A stretch of 64,000 nucleotides of DNA from an uncultured Anaerolineaceae bacterium (GTDB taxonomy: Bacteria > Chloroflexota > Anaerolineae > Anaerolineales > Villigracilaceae), in the NCBI GenBank assembly GCA_964625215.1, contig CAZVAX010000001.1:30354-94353 (forward strand). Direction: 5' to 3'. Under the pieces are notes generated by a model that made no database searches, was not told where the DNA came from, and was given only the letters and a program-made list of their open reading frames with translations. Below are positions 8,897-17,297 of this stretch, in pieces. Each line of letters opens with the position of its first letter. Positions within the stretch are counted from its first letter, which is position 1. The position numbers and the translations under genes are program-made.

Positions 8897-9526
8897 TTAG
8901 CCGCTCTTGAAGTAACGATACACCAGGTATCCTCCTGCCGCCAGGAAAACGATGGCCCAGATGTAATTGGTCGGCCCGCCGCCGAAGAGGACAAGCAGGA
9001 AACCTAACGCGGCGAGCGGAATGGCGGGATACCAGGCCCAGCGCATGTTTGCCAGCAAAGCCACCAACACGAAGGTGAGCGCGAGACCGAGGAAGAAGAT
9101 ACCGCCGGTCTCCTCGCCGGAGACAAACATGGGCGCAAACGAAACGAAAGCCAGGGTGGTAAGCACGCCCGCAGGGATGAGCGCCCACCAACGTTCGCGC
9201 CGGGCCGGCAGGTAAGCCAGCCAGAAGGCCAGACCGAGGCCGCCCAAAAAGACCGCGCCGCCGTACTCTTCAAGCTGGTCAGGCAGGAGGATCAACAGAC
9301 CGATGGCCGCCAGCGTGCAACCGGGAATCACCGCCCACCATGAGCCGGTGAAATAAGCCGCCAGAAATAGCGCGCCGCCGATCAAAAAGACCGCTCCCAT
9401 AAAGGTTTCGCCGACATCGCGGAGAATTCCCATTTGCTGTAACACGAACAGACTGCCCAACAGGATGAGCATCAGGCCGCCAATGACGGCTGGATCAATG
9501 CGTTTCATTGCGCCTCCATTTACCAA
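8897..9526 (-). CDS. Polytopic membrane protein (LiaI/LiaF-like TM repeats)
   Basis: 209 aa, about 6 hydrophobic helices. Its start overlaps the upstream gene's stop by 7 nt. Confidence 0.6.
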   Translation of the reverse strand: MVNGGAMKRIDPAVIGGLMLILLGSLFVLQQMGILRDVGETFMGAVFLIGGALFLAAYFTGSWWAVIPGCTLAAIGLLILLPDQLEEYGGAVFLGGLGLAFWLAYLPARRERWWALIPAGVLTTLAFVSFAPMFVSGEETGGIFFLGLALTFVLVALLANMRWAWYPAIPLAALGFLLVLFGGGPTNYIWAIVFLAAGGYLVYRYFKSG

Positions 9527-10278
9527 ACCGAAACTTTGCCGACGCCCGCTTCGATCATCAAATCAACGCGGTTGGATGAAGTCCCGAAGTCCGGCGATTC
9601 GTAAATGCCGTTGACGTACGGGAAGCGGCCCTTGTCCACGCTAATCTCGGCCAGGCCCGATTGCGAGCGAATGCGCATCGCCACGCCCTCGGGGACGTGG
9701 ATCTTCAATTCCGCCGCGCCGATCTGCGCCTGCGCGTGGACCTGTCCGGTGGCGGGCAGGGTCAGGTCGGTGGAACTCGCGCCGGTTTGGAGTCGAAGCG
9801 AGGCGACGCGCACATCGCGCAAGTCAAGGAAGGATTGGTTCGCGCCCGTTTCGAGGTCCAGCGCGAACGGGACATCCTTCGACAGGCGCAGATTCCACTC
9901 GAAGCCGCGCGTCGTCCCGATGAAGGGAATAAAGACCACATCGGTTCCCACGCGAATCTCGAGCCGGTCACCCGCCAAACGAGAGTTGACCTTCACCCCT
10001 TCCGTGCACTCGCCTTCGAGCGCCTTACCCATCGAAGCGCCCGCGCCGACTTGGAGTCGGCCCGCGCCATGATTCAGTTTGAGCGACACTTCGCGCGCGC
10101 CCTGCAAATCCACCGAAACCGATTCGGTCTTCCCGCTGCCGCGCAGGTACGCGCCCCAAATGATCCACGCGCCAAGCACGATCAACGCGATCGGCCAGAA
10201 ATACTCCATGGAGCCGAAGATCATCAGGACCCCCAAGAGAATGAGGACCGCGCCCCAAAACAGGTTGCCGTTACGCAT
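9520..10278 (-). CDS. LiaF-like protein: N-terminal TM hairpin plus C-terminal toastrack/DUF2154-like beta domain
   Basis: MRNGNLFWGAVLILLGVLMIFG...WPIALIVLGAWIIWG, then a repetitive beta-strand region (LKLNHGAGRLQV...LDLETGANQSFLDL...LRLQTGASSTDLTL). Confidence 0.6.
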   Translation of the reverse strand: MRNGNLFWGAVLILLGVLMIFGSMEYFWPIALIVLGAWIIWGAYLRGSGKTESVSVDLQGAREVSLKLNHGAGRLQVGAGASMGKALEGECTEGVKVNSRLAGDRLEIRVGTDVVFIPFIGTTRGFEWNLRLSKDVPFALDLETGANQSFLDLRDVRVASLRLQTGASSTDLTLPATGQVHAQAQIGAAELKIHVPEGVAMRIRSQSGLAEISVDKGRFPYVNGIYESPDFGTSSNRVDLMIEAGVGKVSVW

Positions 10279-10813
10279 CGCCGCCGCCTTTCCGAAGCGA
10301 ATTCCAAACGCTCCGGCCCAGCAACCACACGCCCAACAGAATCAGCACAACCGCCGCGCCGTAGTTGCCGAGCAGGTCCCACTCGCCGAAGATGGCCGAA
10401 AAGACGAGGAAGAACACCGCGCTGACCACCATCGTATTGAGGCCGCGCGAGATGTTTTGGCGCGGGTTGTCGCCCAGCAGTCCCTGGATCACCGAGCCGA
10501 GGCCGACAAAGCCGATGATGAGCGTCCACATGTAGGCCCAGGCTCCCTGACCTTCGGGCGCGTAATTCTCGTTAAACCAGATGATGCCGCCGATGCCCGC
10601 CACGATCACCGCCGGGACCGACATGCCCGGGTTGCCGGTGAGCAGGCCAAGTAGGAAGATGAACGCGCCGATCCACATGAGGATGAACGGCCCTTCGAAA
10701 TACTTGTCCGCAAACGCGGCCAGGTCGGGGAAAACCTTTTGGGCGACGAACCAGGCTCCAAGCGCGATGAGGATCAGGCCCAGAACCAATTGGGAACGAC
10801 CGTGTCTTGTCAT
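10271..10813 (-). CDS. Polytopic membrane protein, first gene of a 3-gene membrane module
   Basis: 180 aa, 5-6 helices, overlaps the next gene by 8 nt. Confidence 0.6.
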   Translation of the reverse strand: MTRHGRSQLVLGLILIALGAWFVAQKVFPDLAAFADKYFEGPFILMWIGAFIFLLGLLTGNPGMSVPAVIVAGIGGIIWFNENYAPEGQGAWAYMWTLIIGFVGLGSVIQGLLGDNPRQNISRGLNTMVVSAVFFLVFSAIFGEWDLLGNYGAAVVLILLGVWLLGRSVWNSLRKGGGDA

Positions 10814-10857
10814 GACATTCTCCTTTGAAATGGGATTTCCAATTCACGATTATCACT

Positions 10858-10915
10858 CGGACTGCAACGCTCTGCGTCCTGATTTTGCGCCAAAGTTGGG
10901 AGACTTTGGACTCCG
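10858..10915. repeat. Intergenic palindromic repeat, family 1 (GGACTCCAACG...CAAAGT-GGGA-GACTTTGG), copy a
   Basis: CGGACTGCAACGCTCTGCGTCCTGATTTTGCGCCAAAGTTGGGAGACTTTGGACTCCG. Similar to 18894-18956 and 52592-52645. Confidence 0.7.
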
Positions 10916-10962
10916 TATTACTGGGGAAATATACGAAGAGGAGGGACAAAGGTTGCTGAGAT

Positions 10963-12429
10963 TTACCGCACGCGCCAAACGTGGACGACCGGCTTGGCTC
11001 CTTCGCCGTATAACTCCAGCGCGTAGAGCAGGCCGGTGGCGCGGTCATACGAAACGTCGCCGATGCGATCGCGGCGTTGGTCGCCCCAGCCGAGGGAAAC
11101 CAGGTCCCATTCGGGTGGGGCGAGGTAGAGAACTTCGTCAATGTCGAGCAGGGCGTAGGGCTGAGGTTGCCAGGATTCGAGTTGACCCAGCGCGACTTGG
11201 GCCAGTTGGTTGGGATCGAAGAGGATGAATTGCCCGTCGAAGCGGTTCGACCACCAACCGCGCACGGAGGCGCAAGTTCCGGCCTCCTCGTCACAGCAAC
11301 CGGCGAAATCCTCCGAAGGGCAAACGCCTCCATCCGCGGTTCGGCAAGTAGGGAAATCGTGAATGTTCGAGTCCACGCAGGCGAGTTGGGGGCCGTTTGG
11401 ATTGATGTAACCGTACCAGTATTTTTCACCGTTGCTCTTCGTGCCAGCGAACACCACAGCCTGTTTGCCGGAGGGACTGGTGATCCACGCGCCGCCTTCC
11501 CACGCGTCGGGATGTTGGTAGCCATTCATGGCGCGCACGATCTCCTCGGTGTTGTAGGCGTTCTCGTAGAGAAGCAAGGTCACTTCCTCGAGACGCGTCC
11601 CCGAAGGAGGCGGACTCCCATCCGGCAACCAGGGACGGTAGGCGAAGAGAGTCGGACCCATGCCGCCCTGTCCGCCGTCGCGCATGCGGCCGGCGGCGAG
11701 ATAACGTCCGCCCGCGTAGGTGTCGGCCCAGGAGGCGGGAATCTCGAACAGGTAACCGTTGACGCTGTACAAATCCTGCTCCCCGATGAACCACGCGCCT
11801 TGAAAATCGGGGGTCGAGAGGGTCGGGTTGAACCAGCCGTGCGAGGGAAGGTCGGGCGGTTGGAGGTGTTGCCCCCAGGCGATGTGAATCTTCGGGCCGG
11901 TCTCCGGGCGATTGAGGTATTGCAGTCCCACTTTGGGAATCTCATCGAGATCGGCGAATTGACCGACGGTGACATTCGCGAAATCCTGAATGAACTCCGC
12001 TGTGTTGAGATCGGCGAGATTGCGCGAGATGACCGGCACAGGAATTGAAATCTCCGCCACCTGGTCGCCGTCGGGAACAGTCCCGTAGGCCACGCGGTCA
12101 TGGCCGGTGAGGAAGAGCGAACCGGGGAAGCCATCCGCCGCGCCCGAGGGATCGCCGTCGGGGTTGAAGGTCATAGCGTTGCCGCCGTAGGCGAAGGTAC
12201 GCGGACGTTCGTCGCCGCCGGGGAGACGGAACGCGCCCAGGTAGGTGAAGTCGCTGGGGAGGAGGGCGTCGGCAGAAGTCGGCGCGGGGGCGAGGGATGG
12301 AAGGGCCGGGGAGGAGGTCAACGCGGGGGCGAGTGTAGCCGGCCCGAGGTCCGCGGGAGGCGAGGGAGAGGGGAGGGCGCAAGCGAGGGCGAGGGCCAGA
12401 GTCGCAGCAAGCAGAATCGTCCGGTTCAT
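10963..12429 (-). CDS. Secreted protein of unknown function
   Basis: The internal ATG at 12429 gives the signal peptide MNRTILLAATLALALACA and a 4-nt ATGA overlap with the upstream stop. No recognisable catalytic motif. Confidence 0.6.
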   Translation of the reverse strand: MNRTILLAATLALALACALPSPSPPADLGPATLAPALTSSPALPSLAPAPTSADALLPSDFTYLGAFRLPGGDERPRTFAYGGNAMTFNPDGDPSGAADGFPGSLFLTGHDRVAYGTVPDGDQVAEISIPVPVISRNLADLNTAEFIQDFANVTVGQFADLDEIPKVGLQYLNRPETGPKIHIAWGQHLQPPDLPSHGWFNPTLSTPDFQGAWFIGEQDLYSVNGYLFEIPASWADTYAGGRYLAAGRMRDGGQGGMGPTLFAYRPWLPDGSPPPSGTRLEEVTLLLYENAYNTEEIVRAMNGYQHPDAWEGGAWITSPSGKQAVVFAGTKSNGEKYWYGYINPNGPQLACVDSNIHDFPTCRTADGGVCPSEDFAGCCDEEAGTCASVRGWWSNRFDGQFILFDPNQLAQVALGQLESWQPQPYALLDIDEVLYLAPPEWDLVSLGWGDQRRDRIGDVSYDRATGLLYALELYGEGAKPVVHVWRVR

Positions 12430-14054
12430 CGTCGCGCTCGTTTCAAGAGGGAAAGTCCGACCAGCGCGACGGGCAGAATCAATCCGCCGCAGCAAGGCAG
12501 GGAGGGTCGAGTCTCTTCGGAGGTTTGGGTCGGCTCTTGCGGCGCGTCGGTGATTTGCGCGGCGGGCGTGAAGGCGGGCGCGACGCCAAGGAGGGAAAGA
12601 TCATCGAGCCAGATCGTGCCGGCGAGTCGCTCGGTTTCGGGCGTGGAGAGGCCAATGGAAAAGCCGGTGACCGCGTTGGGGTTGAAGGCCATGCCGGAAT
12701 AGGCTTCCCATTCGACGCCCAGGATTTGATCCCAACGAACTTCAACCAAAATCCAATCCTCCCCGCTGCCGGGAGGCGTTTGCGTGCGGAACGTGAAGGC
12801 GGTGCGCCCGCCGGGGTCGCCGCCGTACAGGTCAACGTTGAAAGGGATGCCGGCGCGGTCGGCGCGCAAGTAGAACGAGACGCCCTGGCCCTGACTCCAA
12901 TTTTGAACGGTGTCGAAATAGAAGCCGCAGGTGGCCCAACTGTTGGGGGCCGCGTCGAATGCGAAAAGCAAGGAGGCAGAGCCAGCGCGCGCAATTTCGG
13001 TATTCGGTTCGCAGGTGAGGTCGGTGTCGGTGTTATCCTGGAAGTAGCCCTCCCAACCGGCCGTCCCGGCGGGAGGCGCGCCCTCGAAATCGTCGAGCAG
13101 ACCGACTCCTCCCGGCGGAGGCGCGATCAACGGAGGCTGGGTCGCGTCGCCCACTGGCGGTTCGTTCGTGACCTGCGCGGGCGGCATGATCTCACCCGCG
13201 TTTCGCCAGCGATGATAGAAGACGTTCAGCAACGGGACGAATTCCTCCGTGGCCTTACGACTCCCCTGCGCGGAGGGATGATCGTCGCCGGAGGGATAGT
13301 GGAGAGTGTTGCGTGTTGCGTAAGTGTGTTCGACTTGTCCGTTGATGAAGCGATGGTGGGCGTTGGGGTCAGTGAGAACATTGTAAAAGTCAAAAACAGC
13401 GACGTTGCTGAGGGTGTAGTTGTTTTCGCGCAGCCAGTCGTTGAGCAGCCAGTTGTTGAAGGCGCGGGCGTTGTCGGCGTAGGTTCCGTCGGAGAGGGGC
13501 GGCGCGGTGATGACCACGAAGAGTTTGTCGGGGCGCGTAGCGAAGTAACGCAGGATTTCGTTGTAGACCCACTTGGCATGACCAACCGACAGCCAGCCTT
13601 CGGGGTCGGGCGGATCGTTCGGGTTGCCTTCGAGGGCTGAGTTCGGGAAGCAGGATTTGAAGAGGATGATCTCGTTTTCCCCGCCGGGATCAGAGACGGT
13701 GCGCGTGTAGGAGGAGTTTTGTCCGCTCTCGTTGAGGAGGGCCTCCATGTAACGCGGCGTTTGGTCGCTGGCGAACCACTCGACCCAATTCGGGATGTCG
13801 GTGCGGTCGCCGATGGCGTCCGGCCCCCAACCGTAGTTCGTGTCGCTGACGAAGTAGTTGTTCTGTCCGAGCGCGAGACCCAGCCCACCGTAATCGTCGC
13901 GCAGGAGATTCTCCCCCGTGGAGTGGTGGATGAAGATGAGTTTGACGGTGTGATCGGGCGGAGCGGAGGAGTCTGTCCCTTGCGCGGGCGCGGCCGCGAG
14001 GGAGAAGAGGAGGATGATCCCCATCAACAGAGTGAAGGCGAGATGTTTTTTCAT
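12426..14054 (-). CDS. Secreted multidomain protein: N-terminal hydrolase-like domain, CBM/CIA30-like beta-sandwich, C-terminal membrane-anchor sorting-signal-like tail
   Basis: Signal peptide MKKHLAFTLLMGIILLFSLAAAPAQG. Middle region: LLDDFEG...GWEGYFQD...SLLFAFDA. Tail: SLPCCGGLILPVALVGLSLLKRARR. Confidence 0.6.
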   Translation of the reverse strand: MKKHLAFTLLMGIILLFSLAAAPAQGTDSSAPPDHTVKLIFIHHSTGENLLRDDYGGLGLALGQNNYFVSDTNYGWGPDAIGDRTDIPNWVEWFASDQTPRYMEALLNESGQNSSYTRTVSDPGGENEIILFKSCFPNSALEGNPNDPPDPEGWLSVGHAKWVYNEILRYFATRPDKLFVVITAPPLSDGTYADNARAFNNWLLNDWLRENNYTLSNVAVFDFYNVLTDPNAHHRFINGQVEHTYATRNTLHYPSGDDHPSAQGSRKATEEFVPLLNVFYHRWRNAGEIMPPAQVTNEPPVGDATQPPLIAPPPGGVGLLDDFEGAPPAGTAGWEGYFQDNTDTDLTCEPNTEIARAGSASLLFAFDAAPNSWATCGFYFDTVQNWSQGQGVSFYLRADRAGIPFNVDLYGGDPGGRTAFTFRTQTPPGSGEDWILVEVRWDQILGVEWEAYSGMAFNPNAVTGFSIGLSTPETERLAGTIWLDDLSLLGVAPAFTPAAQITDAPQEPTQTSEETRPSLPCCGGLILPVALVGLSLLKRARR

Positions 14055-14179
14055 GCGACCCTCCCGAGTCTGAAAACCTTGTGCGCGCGCAAACCCGGCG
14101 CAAGAGAGCGCCTGGTACGCGAGTTGATTTATGATTTCATTATAGGGAGTTCGGGGGGAAATTCAAGTCCCTCTTCCGC

Positions 14180-14229
14180 GTACCGCAACATTCATCTTGC
14201 GAGTGGAGGCAACATGAATGTTGCGGTAC
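14180..14229. repeat. Perfect 16-bp inverted repeat (hairpin) between GH5 stop and next gene start
   Basis: GTACCGCAACATTCAT (14180-14195) / ATGAATGTTGCGGTAC (14214-14229), 18-nt loop. Confidence 0.8.
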
Positions 14230-14375
14230 TGGACACCGCGCGAGGAGGCCATCCATCGAGCCGCGGCGTTCAGGAGGATTCCAGCAATCGGGCGTGGTCC
14301 ACCCCTTGGCCCGCCCCGGACGTGGAACGTCGGGGCTAACATGCAAAGGACTTCATCCTAGCAACGGACGTTATC

Positions 14376-15710
14376 TTATCTATTGAAATTGGAAGGCCGC
14401 ACAATGTTGCGGCTCCAGATTTCAACGATGACGGCGAGCAGATCGTTCTCCACCGGCGCGACGTTGTCCGGGTCCGGGCCGAAGCGGTAGTTGAAGCCGC
14501 TGACGCTTCCGGACCACGGCATCCAGTTTGGATCCCAGACCCAGAAGGCGTGGTTCATACCGCGTTGCTCGAAGAGTTCCATTTCGTCGCGCATGAAGTC
14601 CGCCGCGTTGGGAACCCAACGGTTGATGCCGAATTCGTTGACCGCCACCGGCGCGCCGTGTGTGGTTTTGAATTCATCAATGGGCGCGAGGTAGGCGTCC
14701 AGCCAGGCGCGGTCGAAGAGGTCGGGCTGGCCGTCCCAGTCGAGATCGAAGGAGTCGGGATAGGTGTTGCGCGCGGGCGACTCTTGGTGGGTGTAACTAT
14801 CCTGCGGTTCGTATTGATGGACGGTGTAGACGATGCGCGGATCGTCCAGCGTCTTTAGCCAGGGAAGCCAGCGCACCGCGCCCCAGGACATGGGGCCAAC
14901 CAGGATCGGGGTTCGCGCGTCCACCGAGCGGATGCCGTCCACGATGCGGGGGTAGAAGCGATTCCAATCGTAGACGGTGTCGGCATATTGGGCGTAGAAG
15001 TCCGCGGGTTCGTACATGTCAAAGACGACGCCGTTGGAGTTCGGCTCGCACATCAAATCGTAGCCGACCACCACCGGCTCCTCGCGGTAACGTTCCGCCG
15101 TGTAACGCCACATCTCCACCCAGGCGTCCTGCGCGGCTTGGTCGCTCCACACGGACTCGATCAACAGGTCCGCTTCGAACCAGTCGCCGGCGCCGTCGCG
15201 GTAAAAGGTGAAGTCGCTGCGACCCGGCCCGGTGCGGAAGGTGATGACCACGAACAGGTCGGCTTCGGCGGCCATGGCGATCATCGCGTCGAGGTTGGCT
15301 TGCGCCTTCTCATCCAACACATAGGGCGGACGCTCGGTGAACAATCCCGGATGCGAGAGGTTGACGTAATTTGCGCCGTAGGAGGCCAGTTCGTTGAAAT
15401 CAGCCTGCGTGTAGGGTGGGCCGATGTAGCCATTCCCCAAAAATTCGTCGCCGTCCAGCTCGGGGACAACGATGCGCTGCCAGGTGTTCGCGCCGCGCAG
15501 TTGTGTTCCGTTAGCCCAGAGCGACATTTTGTCCGGCGCGGAGGCTGGAGTCGGCTCACGCGTGGACTCGAGGGTAGGCGTGGCAGGGATTACTGTTGGC
15601 GGAATCGCCTCCCGCGTCGCGATGGAAGTCGGCTCAACGCTTTCGGGCGCCTTGCCACAGGAGACCAAGAAGAGTACTGCCAGATACCAGACAAAAAATT
15701 TCGAGCGCAT
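14376..15710 (-). CDS. Glycoside hydrolase family 5 (cellulase/mannanase-like) lipoprotein
   Basis: Lipobox LVSCGK. VVGYDLMCEPN (acid/base NEP-type motif) and VAVNEFG (nucleophile Glu). Confidence 0.85.
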   Translation of the reverse strand: MRSKFFVWYLAVLFLVSCGKAPESVEPTSIATREAIPPTVIPATPTLESTREPTPASAPDKMSLWANGTQLRGANTWQRIVVPELDGDEFLGNGYIGPPYTQADFNELASYGANYVNLSHPGLFTERPPYVLDEKAQANLDAMIAMAAEADLFVVITFRTGPGRSDFTFYRDGAGDWFEADLLIESVWSDQAAQDAWVEMWRYTAERYREEPVVVGYDLMCEPNSNGVVFDMYEPADFYAQYADTVYDWNRFYPRIVDGIRSVDARTPILVGPMSWGAVRWLPWLKTLDDPRIVYTVHQYEPQDSYTHQESPARNTYPDSFDLDWDGQPDLFDRAWLDAYLAPIDEFKTTHGAPVAVNEFGINRWVPNAADFMRDEMELFEQRGMNHAFWVWDPNWMPWSGSVSGFNYRFGPDPDNVAPVENDLLAVIVEIWSRNIVRPSNFNR

Positions 15711-15722
15711 TCCTGCCTCCTT

Positions 15723-16583
15723 TCAATCTTTGGCGGCCAGGTTTTTCAACGCCAGCCACTCCCCCTCATGTTTGGGATGACTCGCCTTCACGATCAGGTT
15801 GGTCTCGGCCAACTTCTTGACCGTCCGCTCGGCGAGGTCTTTCGACCAGCCGAAGAGTTTTGTCACGTCGCGCAGTTGCGCCGCGCCGACGGAGGCGAAG
15901 TACAGATCGAGCAGTTTCGTCCGCGCCTGCGACTCGCTGATCGTCCGCGCCTGTTCGGGTAAATCGGGGAAGTGACGCGCGACGATCTCGTAGATGTGCG
16001 AATACCTCCACGCGCCCGCCTCCGCGACTCCCACCGGCAGGATTTTGAAATCGGACTGTAACTGCTCCAACGCCTTGTTAAACTCGGACTCTTTCGCGTT
16101 GGCGAGTTTCGACAAGCGGCGCAGGTCAAGGGTGTTGAGGGCGCCGTCCTCGAGCAGGGTTTCGTAAATTTGTTTGGCCGCCTGGGTGAGACGTCCCTCC
16201 TGGTAGGCGATGAGATAGTCTTCTTCGGGCGAGCCGTAGTTTTCGGAGAGCGCGTAAAAATACGGCGCGACCTCCAACGAGATCATCGTCGCTTTGCGGC
16301 GCAGGATCTTTCCGTAGTGCCACATCTTCTTGTCGAGCGCGCCGTCCTTCCACCTCCACGTGACGTGGCCCGGGTCGTCATGCTTGTCCGCCACGGGGCG
16401 GTCACCGGCGACGGCGGTCCACAACGAGGGCAGGTCAATGCCAGAGATCGGCCAGAAGTAAATGAAGCCGCGCGCGTTGACAAAGCGCAACGCCTGCGCG
16501 GGCGAGGTCAGCGGTTTGGCGGGAGGCAGGTTGAAGGTCTTGGCGCGGTGCGATTGGAGTTTTTTCAGGTCGAGGGTGGGCAT
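15723..16583 (-). CDS. Hypothetical protein, possibly winged-helix (YcaQ/AlkZ-like)
   Basis: 286-aa ORF with good coding character. Resemblance to wHTH crosslink-repair family proteins is weak. Confidence 0.45.
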   Translation of the reverse strand: MPTLDLKKLQSHRAKTFNLPPAKPLTSPAQALRFVNARGFIYFWPISGIDLPSLWTAVAGDRPVADKHDDPGHVTWRWKDGALDKKMWHYGKILRRKATMISLEVAPYFYALSENYGSPEEDYLIAYQEGRLTQAAKQIYETLLEDGALNTLDLRRLSKLANAKESEFNKALEQLQSDFKILPVGVAEAGAWRYSHIYEIVARHFPDLPEQARTISESQARTKLLDLYFASVGAAQLRDVTKLFGWSKDLAERTVKKLAETNLIVKASHPKHEGEWLALKNLAAKD

Positions 16584-16596
16584 GAGCGGATAATAA

Positions 16597-16640
16597 CAGA
16601 AACCAGGTTTCTCCGCCCTTCGGCGGAAACCTGGTTTCTG
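16597..16640 (-). terminator. Long hairpin downstream of the toxin-antitoxin pair
   Basis: CAGAAACCAGGTTTC(T)CCGCC / GGCGGAAACCTGGTTTCTG, CTTC loop. Followed on the minus strand by TTATTATCC. Confidence 0.5.
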
Positions 16641-16661
16641 TAACAGTGGGCAAGATGAACA

Positions 16662-16934
16662 TTAGGCAGGCGCGTTTATTTTTTCAGCTAGCCACAAATT
16701 GACGAGCGTTTCAGTTGTCACGCCACGCGCTTTGGCTGCGCGTCCAACCGCCTCCGCCAACTCCGGGACAATTGCCACCGCAAATTTTTCCTCCCGGATG
16801 TCAATGTCGAGCTCAACCTCCGTCATCATATCCTCATAATCGGCGGTACTGTGGGTGTCCCAAAATTCGGCGATTTCATCAAGGCTGGCCGAAGGGCCGG
16901 GCAACGGATCGCGGGTTGATTTATTTTTTGCCAT
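16662..16934 (-). CDS. brnA: BrnA-like antitoxin (CopG/RHH-type)
   Basis: 90 aa. EIAEFWDTHSTADYEDMMTEVE and the C-terminal RGVTTETLVNLWLAEK are typical of BrnA-family antitoxins. Overlaps the toxin gene by 14 nt. Confidence 0.7.
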   Translation of the reverse strand: MAKNKSTRDPLPGPSASLDEIAEFWDTHSTADYEDMMTEVELDIDIREEKFAVAIVPELAEAVGRAAKARGVTTETLVNLWLAEKINAPA

Positions 16935-17208
16935 AAGATTTACGCTCCTTGCTGTCCATATCTCGTGCGCTAATGATCAAAGCCTCGTTCCCGGATTTGT
17001 GAATGAAAAAGACGGTCAGATAACGACCCGAATCGGATCGTCCATAAGCGACATATAGATGTTCGTCCGCGTTCGATCTCCCTTTTCCAATCCGACGGAT
17101 ACGCGGCGAGTTCATAAGAACCTGGCGAACTTCTTCAGGATACACACCATGTTTTGCTTCGAGTTTAATCACGTATTGGCGAAGCCAAACGATCCGAGTA
17201 ATGTTCAC
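16921..17208 (-). CDS. brnT: BrnT-like toxin (DUF497)
   Basis: 95 aa. KHGVYPEEVRQV...YVAYGRSDSGRYLTVFFIHKSGNEALIISARDMDSKERKSY matches the DUF497 pattern. Confidence 0.75.
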   Translation of the reverse strand: MNITRIVWLRQYVIKLEAKHGVYPEEVRQVLMNSPRIRRIGKGRSNADEHLYVAYGRSDSGRYLTVFFIHKSGNEALIISARDMDSKERKSYGKK

Positions 17209-17297
17209 CTGCTTCTCCTCAAAGACAAAAGTCGTATTGATTTTATCACGGGAACAACGCTTCCCAAGTTGTTAATCCGTGCTACACTTTCTGAGAA

